Shown: in pieces, positions 24,501 to 37,160 of the stretch | Numbering within the stretch: the stretch's first letter is position 1 | How the letters are laid out: the number at the start of each line of letters is the position of its first letter | Origin: Bigelowiella natans CCMP2755 | Lineage: Eukaryota > Protista > Cercozoa | Direction of reading: 5' to 3' | Assembly (NCBI GenBank): GCA_000320545.1 | Contig: ADNK01003025.1 | Span: forward strand, 1 to 64,000 | DNA: 64,000 nucleotides | Notes under the pieces: model-generated | What the model was told of the DNA's origin: nothing | The model's database searches: none | The model's input: only the letters and a program-made list of their open reading frames with translations | Position numbers and translations under genes: made by a program

Positions 24501-25559
24501 GGTACTGCGCGCTCACGCCAACCTCGTGTCGCATCTTGCGCACGATATGTTCCATGTCATGTTTGCTGAATAGTTCCGGGGTCGTTGCTTCTCTGCGCTT
24601 TGTCGCCATGCTCGCCGCAACTCCAACTTTGCTCCCTTCACCAACTTTGCTTTCTTCACCTTCTACCGCGGGTGATGTTGGCCTAAACAAGATTGATGGG
24701 CTTCGCACCTTTTTTACTCTCCGGTGATGATGCTCAGGTTTCCTTTGAAATCGTCGCATAAGCATCCCTACATCGGCGGTCGCGTTTCGAGCGTGTCCCC
24801 TTCTCTTCGGTTTCATGATTTTTTTATCATCCAGCGCTAAAGGATTGCAGAGATCACTGGCAGAAGAAGTCTTTGTCAATTTTAAGCGGTTTCTTTGATC
24901 ATTTTTCTCGAGGCGGTGTGATGGTATATTCCTTCTCTGGGGCGCTTCTGAAGACTTTGCCCGCCTATGTTTTCCACCCGATGGAGTAGGTTTATGATGA
25001 AATTTGACTCCTGAAAATATAGAAATATAAAGAGTAAACGAGCAAGCAAGATAGAAAGAGAGATGGGGGGGTTGGGGACACCCGAAGGAACACATCAGAA
25101 TATCCTCTCAATCCTGCAATATTTTTGGCTAGCACGATTTTTTTCTTATCTCAATAGTATTTAAAGAAGCTGGCACTCTTAGAGTAATTACGGATTCGTT
25201 CAGAAGGACTGAGTTCTGAAGATGGCGTTTTAAGAGCCGGTGGTGGATCTAAATAGAAACTACAATTGCTGCCTTGACTGGCAGCACTATGTGCATGCCA
25301 GTCAGCAGGCGGCGGCGGCGTTGTATCTGTGCTTCCCAACCTAGAGGGAGGAGAAAAAGGTGTTCATTGTTATAAATTATGTTAACTCAAGAGTGTATCA
25401 TCGAAGTTACTACCCGGACATGGAATCTGTAAGCTTTCCACTGCTCGTATGACTCCTATGTCTTTCCTTCAGGCTGAGTCTACAGGGTATCTTTGGAATT
25501 CTCCTCCCGGAAGATTGTTGTTCCATCTCATCATTATGTCCACCACTTGATTCGCTCAT
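16434..25559 (-). CDS. Multidomain signalling protein: DEP-DEP-PH-cNMP-binding x3-RGS (regulator of G-protein signalling), >20 exons
   Basis: DEP1 'KYKDSMSGVQIIDWVL...EEKAIEFGTLI' (~24560-24140). DEP2 'VSGSAILDWL...EDAVALGTLLLIHHLI' (~23900-23740). PH 'LEGWIERRSKLGFWKKRYF...YTLRCRSENEAIKWVGAL' (~23440-22530). Three cNBDs: FFGEEM, YFGEVALIMDIGRTASV, YFGEAALVSEESKRTATC. RGS 'IRAVLHHPLALREFTKFLKSQIALESLLCWEAVVRF...MARDILEKFVKVGS...VEIVGLMRNDKLSTF' (~18985-17220). Stop TAG at 16434; start tentative. Confidence 0.85.
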
Positions 25560-26757
25560 CGAATTAAGCTAAAAGAAGGTCCTAATTACCTGGAATGGTA
25601 AGTTTTTACTTCACCGAGTGTTTTCATAGCGAATGAAAGAACTGGGCAATCCTTGAAAATTTTTAAGTCAACCTTAAAAGTCCCTCATGGGAATCCTTGA
25701 TACATTTTGTTGAAGATCTTGTTTGTTGCCAGCCTGTTTGGAGTCAAGATGGATGAGGCTGGAGCTTACCTCTTATCAAGCTACCATCGAAGCAAACATG
25801 GGGGGCAAGCCATCGCCAAAGTGTTCAGAATCTCGATGTTCGATGTTCTTAAATCATCGATCGCTTTGTCATCCTTTGTCGCACCAATAAATTTTGCATC
25901 GATTCTCAGGCCATTCCGACATTTCTAAATGACGAAGTAGATCTCCTCGTAGACTAGAACTAGATCTACTCGTATTTTCTACGAGGAGCAGCAAAATGTG
26001 TTCACCAGATTTCGAGTGAGAAAGCAAAAAAAAGTAAGATAGATCTATAGTGTTTCTGCATGTATCGAACCGTGCATTCGTGTTTGGCGACATCAATCAG
26101 TGAGCTCTCAATCTTCATCAAAACCCCTAAAGAAGTGGTTCATTGAATCCCCCTCAAATGCATGATGTTTTAGACTGAAATCATCTGTGTTTTCGAAAAT
26201 CGATCAATTCAGAAGCACTCGTTAAAAAAATGTTAAAAATAGGTTTTGACGACAAGAAAAGGACATGTCGTAGGCAAATAAATCGATGGGAAAACGAAAT
26301 TCCGTCTGACGTCCATCAGAGTCAGCGTGGCAGGTAGAAGCTTTCCCCCCCTCATCATTTTCAGCTTATATTATTGTCATTAAGTGTTTACATATTGACC
26401 CCCGTGATGTATAAAAAGACCCTGCTTTTCTGAAGTGATTAGTTAAAGTTTTTGAGTTGGTGTGATGAAATTATTGAAATTAATAGTGGCATGGAATGAA
26501 AACGTCAAAAATGTTTACTTCTGAGGGAGAAATTCAAATGTCCTGACGTAAAAAGCCTACCTACTACAAACACCATCTCAACATACAAATTAAAATATGA
26601 TAGTTTAAAGGATCATAATACATTCTCCCAGAACAAGGGTGGATCCAGTAGTGGATTAGGGGCTATTTCCTTCTTTACTGTGCCGGGCATGCTGCTTGAC
26701 ATCATCTTCAGACCTCGAAAGACTTAGACTAATGTGTTTTATCTTAAATCAATCAGG

Positions 26758-28013
26758 ATGGCGGATAGTGGATTCAAACCTGGTTCGAATGAGGACCTTG
26801 CCGCAATGGCAGCAAGATTCAAAGCTGCAGGTCAGCACTCACATCCACAGTATCCACCATTGCAAGCCCTGAAAAAATCAATGGATCCAGGTGTCTCAAC
26901 GACATCGAGTGACCCCCAAGGTGCCCCCCCAGCAGGAAATTCTGATGAAGATCTTGCGGCTCTTGCTGCCAGCATACGTGGACACAGGTAAAAGAGGCAT
27001 ATTTTTCGGTCATCAACGTCGAGAGGGGTGGAAATTGGGTTCCATGATTCAGAATAGTATGTTGCACAGGAAGGTGAGAAAGAATGAATAATCTATTTCT
27101 TTTAAAATTAGTGCCCCTCCTTCGGCGGCGCATCCGACTAAGAACTCCGATGCAGAACTAAAGATGCTCGCTCAAAAACTCGGTGCTGCCCCGACTACCG
27201 CCACGACAGACGTAGGGGAAATCGCCAAAAAGCTTCTTTCAGTAAGTTATTTTCATGCTTTCTAATCTATTTGTGATGGGGAACACCGCTACAGCTTCGA
27301 CAAATATTTCGTCCTTTCATAAAACGTCGTCAGGGTGGTAGCAAACCTCAACTTGGTATAGAGAAGGAAGAGGCACCTGTTACAGAACCGGTATGTTGAC
27401 TACCTATACATCATCAAAATAGTCATTGCTGCGAACTCCTTCCTTGACCTCATCCCCTTTCCACGTCGCTGTTCTCATACAACACTCTCGTCCTCTCCCC
27501 GATGCACAGGCTGACAATATAGGCTCAGCAGCGCCAGAAGAAGTACCAGAAGAAGATCCGGAGGTGCTACCAGCTGAGCGAGCAAGAGAGGGGGGTGAAC
27601 AGAATCTTCAAAATGGGGATGTAGATGGCAGCGGGGCTGATGCGAAAGATGAGTCGAACGAGGACAGTATTGAATGGGTGCAGTATCTTGATGAAGAGTC
27701 TGGGTAAGTCAGTAACTAGCATCTTGTGAGATGTGCAGATGGCTATCGATCTTCTCTTTATGCTTGTGTATTCGCTCACACAATCATATTCTAGCTATTC
27801 ATTGGTATGCCACACGACTGAATTGACTCCTCTTCAACTATAATTAGGTGTCCTTACTGGTACAACACACGGACGAGTGAGACGACGTGGGAAGAGCCGA
27901 TTGAAGATTTTGCGCTAGATGAATCAGCAGCAGAGTTACTGAAAGACCTTAGGTCGTGGTCGCCTCTTGCTCCCTCTTCCAACTCCGTGAATCTTCCTTC
28001 CCTCCCCTCTCTC

Positions 28014-28063
<50 letters not shown>

Positions 28064-31000
28064 TCTGTGTGTGTGTGTGCGTGTGCGTGTGCGTGTGCGT
28101 GTGCGTGTACGCGTGCGGGACTCGACATAAAACCTCTAACAGGTTTTAAGATAGAAATTTTCAAATATGTACGGTACTGTAAACATCAATATTTTCGCTC
28201 TTCGCTAGCTAAGTACGAAAAGCATCTGTGTCATGACAAAGAAATGAAAAGTCACCATTGCTCGTCTTGTCGTCCTAATGTTACCGCAGCGGTCTGAGTG
28301 GCGGAAGGAGTAGCGCCGAAGTTCGCGAAGGTTTCATCTGTCCGAAGTGTTATCTCGCTTTAACCTCGCAGGAGGAGCTCCTTAGACACTGCATGACGTG
28401 TGCAGGGAAGACTCCGGATACTGCTGCACGTAGAGGGGGAAAGAGCAAGGCCGCTTCGGTACTGCAACAACTCCTTCTACCAATGCTTTCTCCAGAGACT
28501 AAATGGCATTATGCTCTTTCATGCTAAATGCTGCTCCCAGGTGCCCGTTTCCGCTACAATTGTCCCTCAGAAACCACAGCAGCATCAAAGTATGACGGAC
28601 AGGCTCCTCGGATACTTTGGCGGGTGCGGTGCATGATGATCGTCGTATCTTATCGTGATGATAATGAGTATAGTTATTATTATCATTTTTGTTTTTTATA
28701 TTGTTATTTTTAGCGCTAGATGCTATGTGCCATGTGTACTCTTCCCACAGCCCTTATCTTCAAACCGCCTGTCACGTATATAGGGTCACGAAGGATGACT
28801 CAATGGACGTCAAAGACATGCTTGACGGAGCAGGCCAAAGGTGGGAAAGCCAGAGAAGATGTGTAGTAGTAGTAGCACAAGCAGCAGCAGTACTACTAGT
28901 AGTGGTAGTTGTTGCTGTTATGATGAAAAATAGACACGGTCCTTTCCTCTAGCTTTCCATTTCGCTGATATTATCGTGGAGGGAGGAGTATGAAAGTGGG
29001 GGTGGCGGGTGTGGTGGTGGTGGTGGGGGTGAACAGCGCGAATTACATGATTGACAATGATGAAATCCTATCTTCTTCCTCTTCTCTCTTTGTCTGGAGG
29101 GAGGAGTATGAAAGTGGGGGTGGCGGGTGTGGTGGTGGTGGTGGGGGTGAACAGCGCGAATTACATGATTGACAATGATGAAATCCTATCTTCTTCCTCT
29201 TCTCTCTTTGTCTCATTCCTTCAGTGGTGGTCAAGTTGTCAACCTCACGGAGAAACAGCTGCGAAAACTTATTGGTACGTACGCGTTGCTATCGTCTTCA
29301 GCATCATTCGTGGCTACATCATAATAAGATACGTCAGTTTAGCAGAAATCATAAAAAACATTCATCATATATATCTCGTCATTCATTTTAAGCTGTCAGT
29401 AATCACACATAAATCTCGTCACTCGAACAGTATTATTGGTGTATCATTTGACGTGGAGACAGTAGCTGTAGTAGGGCGATGTTCGCCGATTCCTGTTGCT
29501 CCCTTTCCACCCGTCTCTCTTCAGGCCTTAACAAGCGCAACAAGATGCTCAAATCTAAGTTACAGAAACAAACGGAAAAATACAACCAGAATATTAAGGT
29601 ATGTTACCTATAATAAGACGATAATGATGGATTTATTGCTGCGCGCCATCGTTGCTCATACTCCTCTTATCACATGTTATTGGTGTTTTCTCGATCATAT
29701 TTCCATCATAAGAGGGGGGTATTATAATGACGTATTTGCATCTGGATGAACTCATAGGTTTTGGTGGAGAGAGATCGTAAGTATAAGGTGCTTCTGCAGA
29801 AGAAGGAAGAGCATCATCTCAAGGAGGTAGCAACTTCTCGATGAACCCTGGAACTTTTCTCTCCCCTCTTTCCCTTCCGTATTTCTTTTATTTTCTGAAA
29901 GTGCGTTCTCCTATTTCCGCTTAGTGGGTACCTCCTCCCTCTCCCCCCCCCCTTTTTTTGAAGGTCCATGTCCTGAAGGAACAAAACGCGAGACTCGCAA
30001 AAGGCATCGCGCAACAACATGAAGAGTGAGTAGTGACACTTAATGATGACGAGTGACAGATGGATAATATGCTCACGATAACCCTTTCATTCTCTCTTTA
30101 ATGCACTTATCGCCTTGGCTAGGTTCAAGCGCAAGAACTTTAAAGTGCTGAAGCAGAATCAGAGCATGGGCAAACAGGTTGTTAGCTACATAAAAAAGGC
30201 TGCTGCTTCGTTGTTGTGTGTTCTTGCGCCTGCCCATTCATCCACGCCAATTCATGAATCACCCACGCGCGCGAGTCCGCGATGAGACGATGGTGCTAAA
30301 AGATTAAATTATGACTGTCAATTCTAATACCAGTTCTGATCTTTGTTGTCGTTCCCGATTTCGGCTTTTCTACCGTTGTTCTATTCCAGCTCTCTGCCGC
30401 TCTGATCCAGCTGCAAGAAAAGGCGCAACTCGAAACGGACAATAAGGTAGCGCCATTCTTTCAAAACATTTTGCAGATAATGCCTCATTTGGGGAAAGTA
30501 TTAAAGAAACTGCTGCAACTCCTCATGTTGGATAATGCTTCGCAGTTTTATCGCCAATCCGAGTGTATATTTGTCACATTTGAAGTAAGCATGCCTCGCA
30601 CTACCTAACAAAACTGTCTTTGTCGGCATCTTCCTGCAGTCGCTTAGGCAAGAAAACTTCAAGATGCGCGAATACATAAAGAGGCTCAAGCGTGAGGTAT
30701 GTTACAGTGTTGTGTTCGATAGTCTGTGGACGTTAACTATCAATGATTTTGCAGCTGAGCGAGCAAAAATCTATTGTCGATACGCTGAAGGACGCAACGA
30801 AAGACGCGCATAAGAAAATTTACGGTTAGGAATTTTAGCATTAGATGTATTGAAGCCAAATGAGCCATCTCACCTCCCCACGACATTCTTCTCTTCAATC
30901 CAGTAGAGTCGTCATCGATAACAATCGTCTCAAAGACGTATAACTTACATTATTTTTGTTTGTCAGAGCTGGAGTCTCACAAAGGAAGTGATTCCGCTAA

Positions 31001-31091
31001 TGCAGACGGAGGTGATGGTGATGGCGGAATGCCGGTCGCTGATCTACAGCCACCGACTGGGGATGATGATGATGCAATGGCATCTGTATAA
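26758..31091 (+). CDS. WW-domain and coiled-coil protein (multi-exon)
   Basis: Spliced WW domain 'EWVQYLDEESG|CPYWYNTRTSETTWEEP' (27670-27900), an acidic low-complexity N-terminus, and heptad-rich charged C-terminal exons (~29220-30830). Start MADSGFKPG at 26758, stop TAA at 31089-31091. Confidence 0.75.
28018..28110. repeat. Compound intronic microsatellite (TC)n(TG)n(CGTGTG)n
   Basis: Directly visible. Confidence 0.9.
28977..29213. repeat. Perfect 118-bp tandem duplication inside an intron
   Basis: TGGAGGGAGGAGTATGAAAG...CTCTCTTTGTC occurs at 28977 and again at 29095. Confidence 0.95.
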
Positions 31092-32583
31092 CAGTGGCAG
31101 ATATAGAAATAGTGCTCGGCTATATGTTCGATTACGGTGTGGAGCGGGAGACACCCAAATGTGAACAAGTTTAACCCGTTATTGTAAGCTACAACCTTTA
31201 AGGCCGCTATGATAGTATGGTGAATGTGTACTTGCACAGTCCGTGTGCATATAATGGCTCTGCTGCGCATGCTGTTCTTGGCCATGTAATGGCTACTGCA
31301 CCTTTTATCGCGCTATGCTTATGCATCATCGAGGTGTAGCCTCAGTCCTTCAGTATATGCCTGTAGATGGCGTGTGTATCAGCGATGGAGGATGTAAAGC
31401 TACATTTGTGATACCACATCGCGCACTAGCAGAGCGACATATATCTGACAAAATCATCATTGTGGATTCATGCATCATTGCGTGCTAGCGTGCACTACTA
31501 GACTATAGCAAGTGCAGTGCATCGCATTATTACAAATCGGCATGTAGGACATAGTTTTTAATTGCGATGAGTCAGCACCATCGTATCGCGTTGTCAGGAA
31601 GCACGTCGACGAACATTTCTCACTGGAAGGGCTTGCTAGTTTGATGGCTTGATGCAAGAACAAGCACCTGCTAGCCTAGGCACATATGCTTTGACGAGGG
31701 GCTTTTAACACCAGCACTACATGTTAGAGCGTCATCGCGCACGCATGCTAGCATGCACAGCAGGCTAATGAGCAAGAATAAATGTGATGATCGTTGAATT
31801 AATTCACTATTCATTTGCCGAATGGGCTAGTAGGGGGCACGCCGATGAACGATGCGCGTCACAGGCTAACGCATGCGCAATCATGCAACATGGAATTCCA
31901 TGCAAACCAAGGCGCTCATTGTTTGACAAATTTGTGGCGGCAAATGTGCTTCGCGATTATCAAGCACATTGCTAGACTGCCCTGCCTGTTGTTCTGTCTC
32001 ACTGTTAGTGCTACGCACATGTCATTCCGCATTCAATTTAATTGTCTAAGACTTGTTTTGCCGGCCAACCTAGCAACTATATTTCAGATTTACGAGCACG
32101 CTACCGAAACGCGTAACAACATACTAGCAGCATGCGTACAATACGCGCAGCATGAATGACATTTCAAATTTCGACGTGCGCATAGGCCATACGTTCTTCG
32201 CGCTACCGTAGCAGATAATTAGAATATGCACCAGGAAACAACAAGAATGAATTTCTATCTAGGAAAAATACACATCTAGAAGCATACTCGAGTAAAAAGG
32301 CAGAAACACTGTATTCAAATTGCACAAACCCAGATGTAATAATAGAGTTGTTACTATACAAAGAAGATTTCTACAGGAGGTGCATTAGGTATGCATAGCG
32401 ATAGGGCAATTCCACGCATCTTTTGCTAACTTAAATTTTTCTCGCTCAATATTCTCTAATTTCTAATGCACCACCACACTTTTACAATTTTTGATTTGCT
32501 GCTGTACACATCTCTGGGAGCGGGTAGAATTTGGTACATAAAATTATTTTATTCCTCGAAATGCTTGGTTTTAGAATCAGGAG

Positions 32584-32908
32584 TCAATGTAGCATTGTCC
32601 TAGGTACATCTCGTGGAAAATGCCACAATTCGTCGTCATTTCGTGAATCGAGCGGGATGTATGGAAGATCAACTGGACCAACATAGTTTGAAATAGGTCT
32701 TATCAATTTCTTTTCCTCTCCTTGCTCAATAATGTGAGCAGACCTAAAGAATAGCATACATCTCTTGAGGGTCATACAGATTTGCATGTCGTCATGCCGT
32801 TCCAAGAACTTGCCAGCAAGGATATAAACACAGAACCATGCAAATCCATTTAGCTTCTTTTCCTGATTCTCTCCATTTCTCCTACTACGAGTTAGATGGG
32901 CTTATTTG

Positions 32909-32939
<31 letters not shown>

Positions 32940-34497
32940 ATCAGGTGCATCGTCAGCAGCAGCAGGAGCAGCACCCACACGAACTCGCCGTCTATTACTT
33001 ACCATCCTGCAAGTCTGGCAAGTGCAAACAGAGCTACAAAGATATTTTGTGGTATGCCAAGGAAATCGAACACTAGGGCAGTGTAATAGTCAACGTTTGG
33101 CCGAAGCCCTTTTTCCTCCAGTATTGCATCTTCTATCGCCTCCGCAATTGCCATTTTCTATTCAGTCGCATATGAGAATATGCATAGGTAAATAATCGTG
33201 TTTTTAAAGTGTGCAGTGGCAGATGTCTGTAGGACATAAACGTTCGAATACTTATTGAAAGCTGTGTAGCTATCTTTGTTTGTCCGTCTATATGACAAAT
33301 TGTTGTTGGGGCACGTCGATTCACCTGCTGGCGTTTTTTGTCTGTCTGCGCCAGCTCTGAAGCCCAAGCTTTAATCATGGTGGACCGAGGATCGTCGCCA
33401 CCGCCCTCGCTATCCTTCCTATACACGCGATGTCCAAAGCCAGACAAGATCTGGCCGCGGGCGAGCGCGCTTCTCACGTAGTGTGCCGCGTCTCTTGGAG
33501 CACTGAACGAGTCGATCAACTCAATCGTGCCTGCAAGGGCCCCGCCTGTATGCATATCAGTTGTTCAACAAGAGTCTTCGCATTACATCATCGCCAAGCA
33601 CTAAGACGAATGAATAGGTCAGAAAAGAAAAACCGAGGCAATAGAGAAAGCATGTGCACACATTGTATAGCCATTCACGATCTTGCAATACCGTGCAAAG
33701 GCCCTCTGAGAGTTGACAAAGCCGAGCAGACACTTGAGTAGAAGTCCGCCTGCGTTGATGCTGTAACCCGTGCCGCAAATGTCGAGGCGTTCAGGTCATG
33801 CTCAGCGTACAAAATCATTACGCGATCCACAATCTGTGCTGCATTTCTGTGTAAGTCAGAATGACATTTTAACAATACACACACAGACACTATATCTACT
33901 CAAACGTATTTGTAGGTACTCTGTAATGATGAAATGCTCACTTCATATGTGGAAAAAGAAACACCGAAAATCTGTCTACCGTTCATGAATGCCGAGGCCC
34001 TTAACGATCCGTTCTGCAATGGAAAAATTTTCGGGATCTTGCACGTCGGGTGTGATGGGGGATCCACTTTTCTTCAGCCAATGCAATATCATCGAGGGAA
34101 AGAGGGCCAGGAGTTTCTCGGCTTTAACACAAGAGGAAATCCATCAGATTTTGTCACCAAATAATGCATATCCCCCGCAACAGCATATTCCAAGTTTCAC
34201 CTATCTTTTGAGATTCTTCCTTTATCGCGTGGATGCTTTGCTGATGCGAAGACATCGAATTGATCTCAAGCGCTCCTAAAATCGAGCAGCCAGTTCTGAG
34301 AACATCCATAGAATGGGCGCTTTGAGGAATTGCGCTTAACGTGCTCTCCAGTGCGGGCGTCAGCTCTTGATGCTTTGATAGACGTGCACGAAATTGAGCT
34401 GGTGATGACGATGGCCAGGAGAGCATGTAAACAATTGTGAGAAAAAAGGAGAAGAATAAGATGTCACAAAATCAGGCAGACGATAGAATGGGAAGCC

Positions 34498-34535
<38 letters not shown>

Positions 34536-35334
34536 TACGCCTGCATGAACATCAAATCAACCGACCTAGTTGAAGTTGGCTGGGCAGTAGCCCATAGATG
34601 AGAAGGTATGCCACTTCTTCGAATGACGACTCGACAGCGAGAGAAACAACAGGGAATCCACGGTATTGCAATCCTCTCCCCGGATCGCCTACCACTGAAA
34701 TACGCGAATCGCCCAAAACCACTCCTTTTAAGCCACCTGTTGTTGGTTAGGATAATTAGATGAGTTCAGATTGTCGATTGCTACACTGCGGAATATTTCG
34801 ATTGAGTCCACAAGATATCGCTGAAAATTTCAATGCGAGTTGTTAAGACTACTCGAATTTCGATATCCCCATTTTTTCTGAATTACGGTGGTTAGCTGAA
34901 AGGCCCAATATAGGAGAAATGGGACCTGCTGCACGAAGAGTCTCGTTCTTCGTGTTATGATTGGGTCCGTCAGGGACAGCATCTTGCGAGTCGGATTTGC
35001 ACAGGGCTCGAACTCGGAGTATTTCTGTCCTCCTGTCGTTGCTGCCTCGACGAATTGCAGGAAAATGGTCGCGTATTTTCAAGCTTCCTACTTTCGGATT
35101 CCGTTTACCCCTGATATTTGTTTTTGGATTGATGGCTTCGATGATTCCCGTTGTTCCTCGTGCAGACTTGTGCTGGATCGGAACTTGCAGCCTACACGTA
35201 TATCCTGCCGTCGTTTGCAATCCAATAACAATCAGTGAGGAGATTCCTAGGAGAGATAATACACTGATCCGTTTATCGATGAGCACTTGCCCCTTCCTTC
35301 TGAAACAAGCTGCTCTTGAAGCCATCCAAAGCAT
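32584..35334 (-). CDS. prpC: 2-methylcitrate synthase / bacterial-type citrate synthase with ~150-aa N-terminal bipartite leader
   Basis: Exons encode [43 protein letters not shown] (PrpC-like), [56 protein letters not shown] and [11 protein letters not shown], with catalytic His/His/Asp retained. Exon 1 (35334-~34886) splices in phase (CAC C|GTAAT...CAG|GT GGC). Confidence 0.88.
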
Positions 35335-36792
35335 GAATGTGCTAAAATGTTACATTGAATGCGATCATTTTCAGGAGAATCTGAGATCGAGATGAGATAA
35401 ACCCCCCTCTTTCTTGAATATTACCTGCAACCTGAACAAGTAGGGCAATAAAATATATATATTGATGGCTTGATCTGTTTCTTCCTTGGCCTGTTCACAC
35501 AGATATTCCGGTTGAGCTCGCCGTTCACACAATTCGAACGTCCACGTGGACCTGCTGCTTTACGATCAGAAATGGGAATGGCAAAGTAAAAATATATCCG
35601 CAATATATTGACCAATCTTATATCAATGAAACTTCAATGAAACTACTTGTCCTTCCGAAATACATCTACATTATCAACACATTTAGCTGATGATTTTAGG
35701 ATGTTTTTTCCACATAATTTTGATTTTCTTCTGAGGTACAGAGAAGGCAAGATCATTCGAGGACGTTCCCCAAGATATCCCTTCATTTTTTAATAACATT
35801 TTACTCTGAAGAAATGTGGACATTTCATATGTACGACTTTATATTTATTTGAATTTAATTTTGAAAGGTCCTTCCGTACCAGGAATCCCGGCGGGATCGT
35901 TTTCGAGTTCATTGGAGACATCTCTGTAAACTAACACGCCGGGCTTCAACCACAAAAAAATTATATTTCGCGCATTTTTTGATACGACATAGATATTTTT
36001 GTTGTTTTTAGGAGAGTTCCCAGATAATTCTGACTAGTTTCACATTTTTTACTATCTGGATAGTTACAGCCGTTTTACCGGTGTTAATACCGTTTTGTAA
36101 AGATTATATGAGTTTATCCATACCGACCTACGGTTTTCCCTGTCGTAAAATAAAATAATCGAAATATTATTTTTTATGGGTCAGATAGAAGGAATGGAAA
36201 AGGAATGTAATTTATTGCCTTATGTTGAATATAACTGTCTTTTGAAAAAAATAGGGCTAATACTCGAAGTTGTAACTTCTTTTTCGGTTTCAACTTGTAT
36301 TTTGTTTTCCGTTTTTGGCCCAAAAGGGCCTCCCGCGTTTTTTAACGGTGTAAATCCCCTATATTAGGGAGAAATAAGAAAGGCGACATTTTACCACAAA
36401 CCATTTCACTTGCACATATTATTTTCCAGGGTACCGGTGAAATTATGAAGACGACAATAATTTTGGGATGTCGAAATGTAATATAGGACCTCCTTTGGCT
36501 TGATATCCACCAAACGATCTTTGCGCAGTGTAACAGAATTTTGTGGCTTGAGGGAGCTGGCTCAGACTCACGCTTCCAGCGGAGGCCCTCTTCAAGCTCC
36601 GCTAACCACATCCCCCTTATTTATCCCTTTCAGGGGGAAATACACTGACTATTGGGAGGGTAATCGCAAAAAATACATTTAATTTGTGTGTAGGTGATGG
36701 TATCGTTTTGAGTCGTTTTTCAGCCTGTCGAAATCCCTTTCAAAAGCCCCTTCTCATTCCACTTTATGTTTTAGGGGATAACCGCATCCAGA

Positions 36793-37115
36793 ATGGCTTC
36801 TCAAAGGAGTGCAAGCTTACTTGCGCTCCTAGCCTTTCTTATTACATGTTGTCGCTTCACAGGTTGTCCACCTTATATTCTCTTTTTCAAATTTTACTAT
36901 CTAAACTTTTGCATTATCATCCATTTACGCTACGCACCCAATGTTACTAAACGCAAAATCTATGAATTAGATGGAGCGGCAGATATTACAATCGGAGGCA
37001 GTATTCCTGGTCACGAAAACATTCCTGCAGCTAGGTAAGACTCACTGCATTTGCCCTTCACCTAGCACTGCATATTTCTCTCTCTATCTTTCCTCCTCAA
37101 TAATTTAATTCTATG

Positions 37116-37160
<45 letters not shown>

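Noticed and set aside
29051-29749. 232-aa hydrophobic ORF
   Set aside because: It runs through introns of the WW gene and the 118-bp duplication, with low-complexity content.
6590-34540. Strand bias of intronic microsatellites relative to transcription
   Set aside because: Both (CA)n and (TG)n occur on the sense strand, even within the same gene (DHHC), so no consistent rule is visible.
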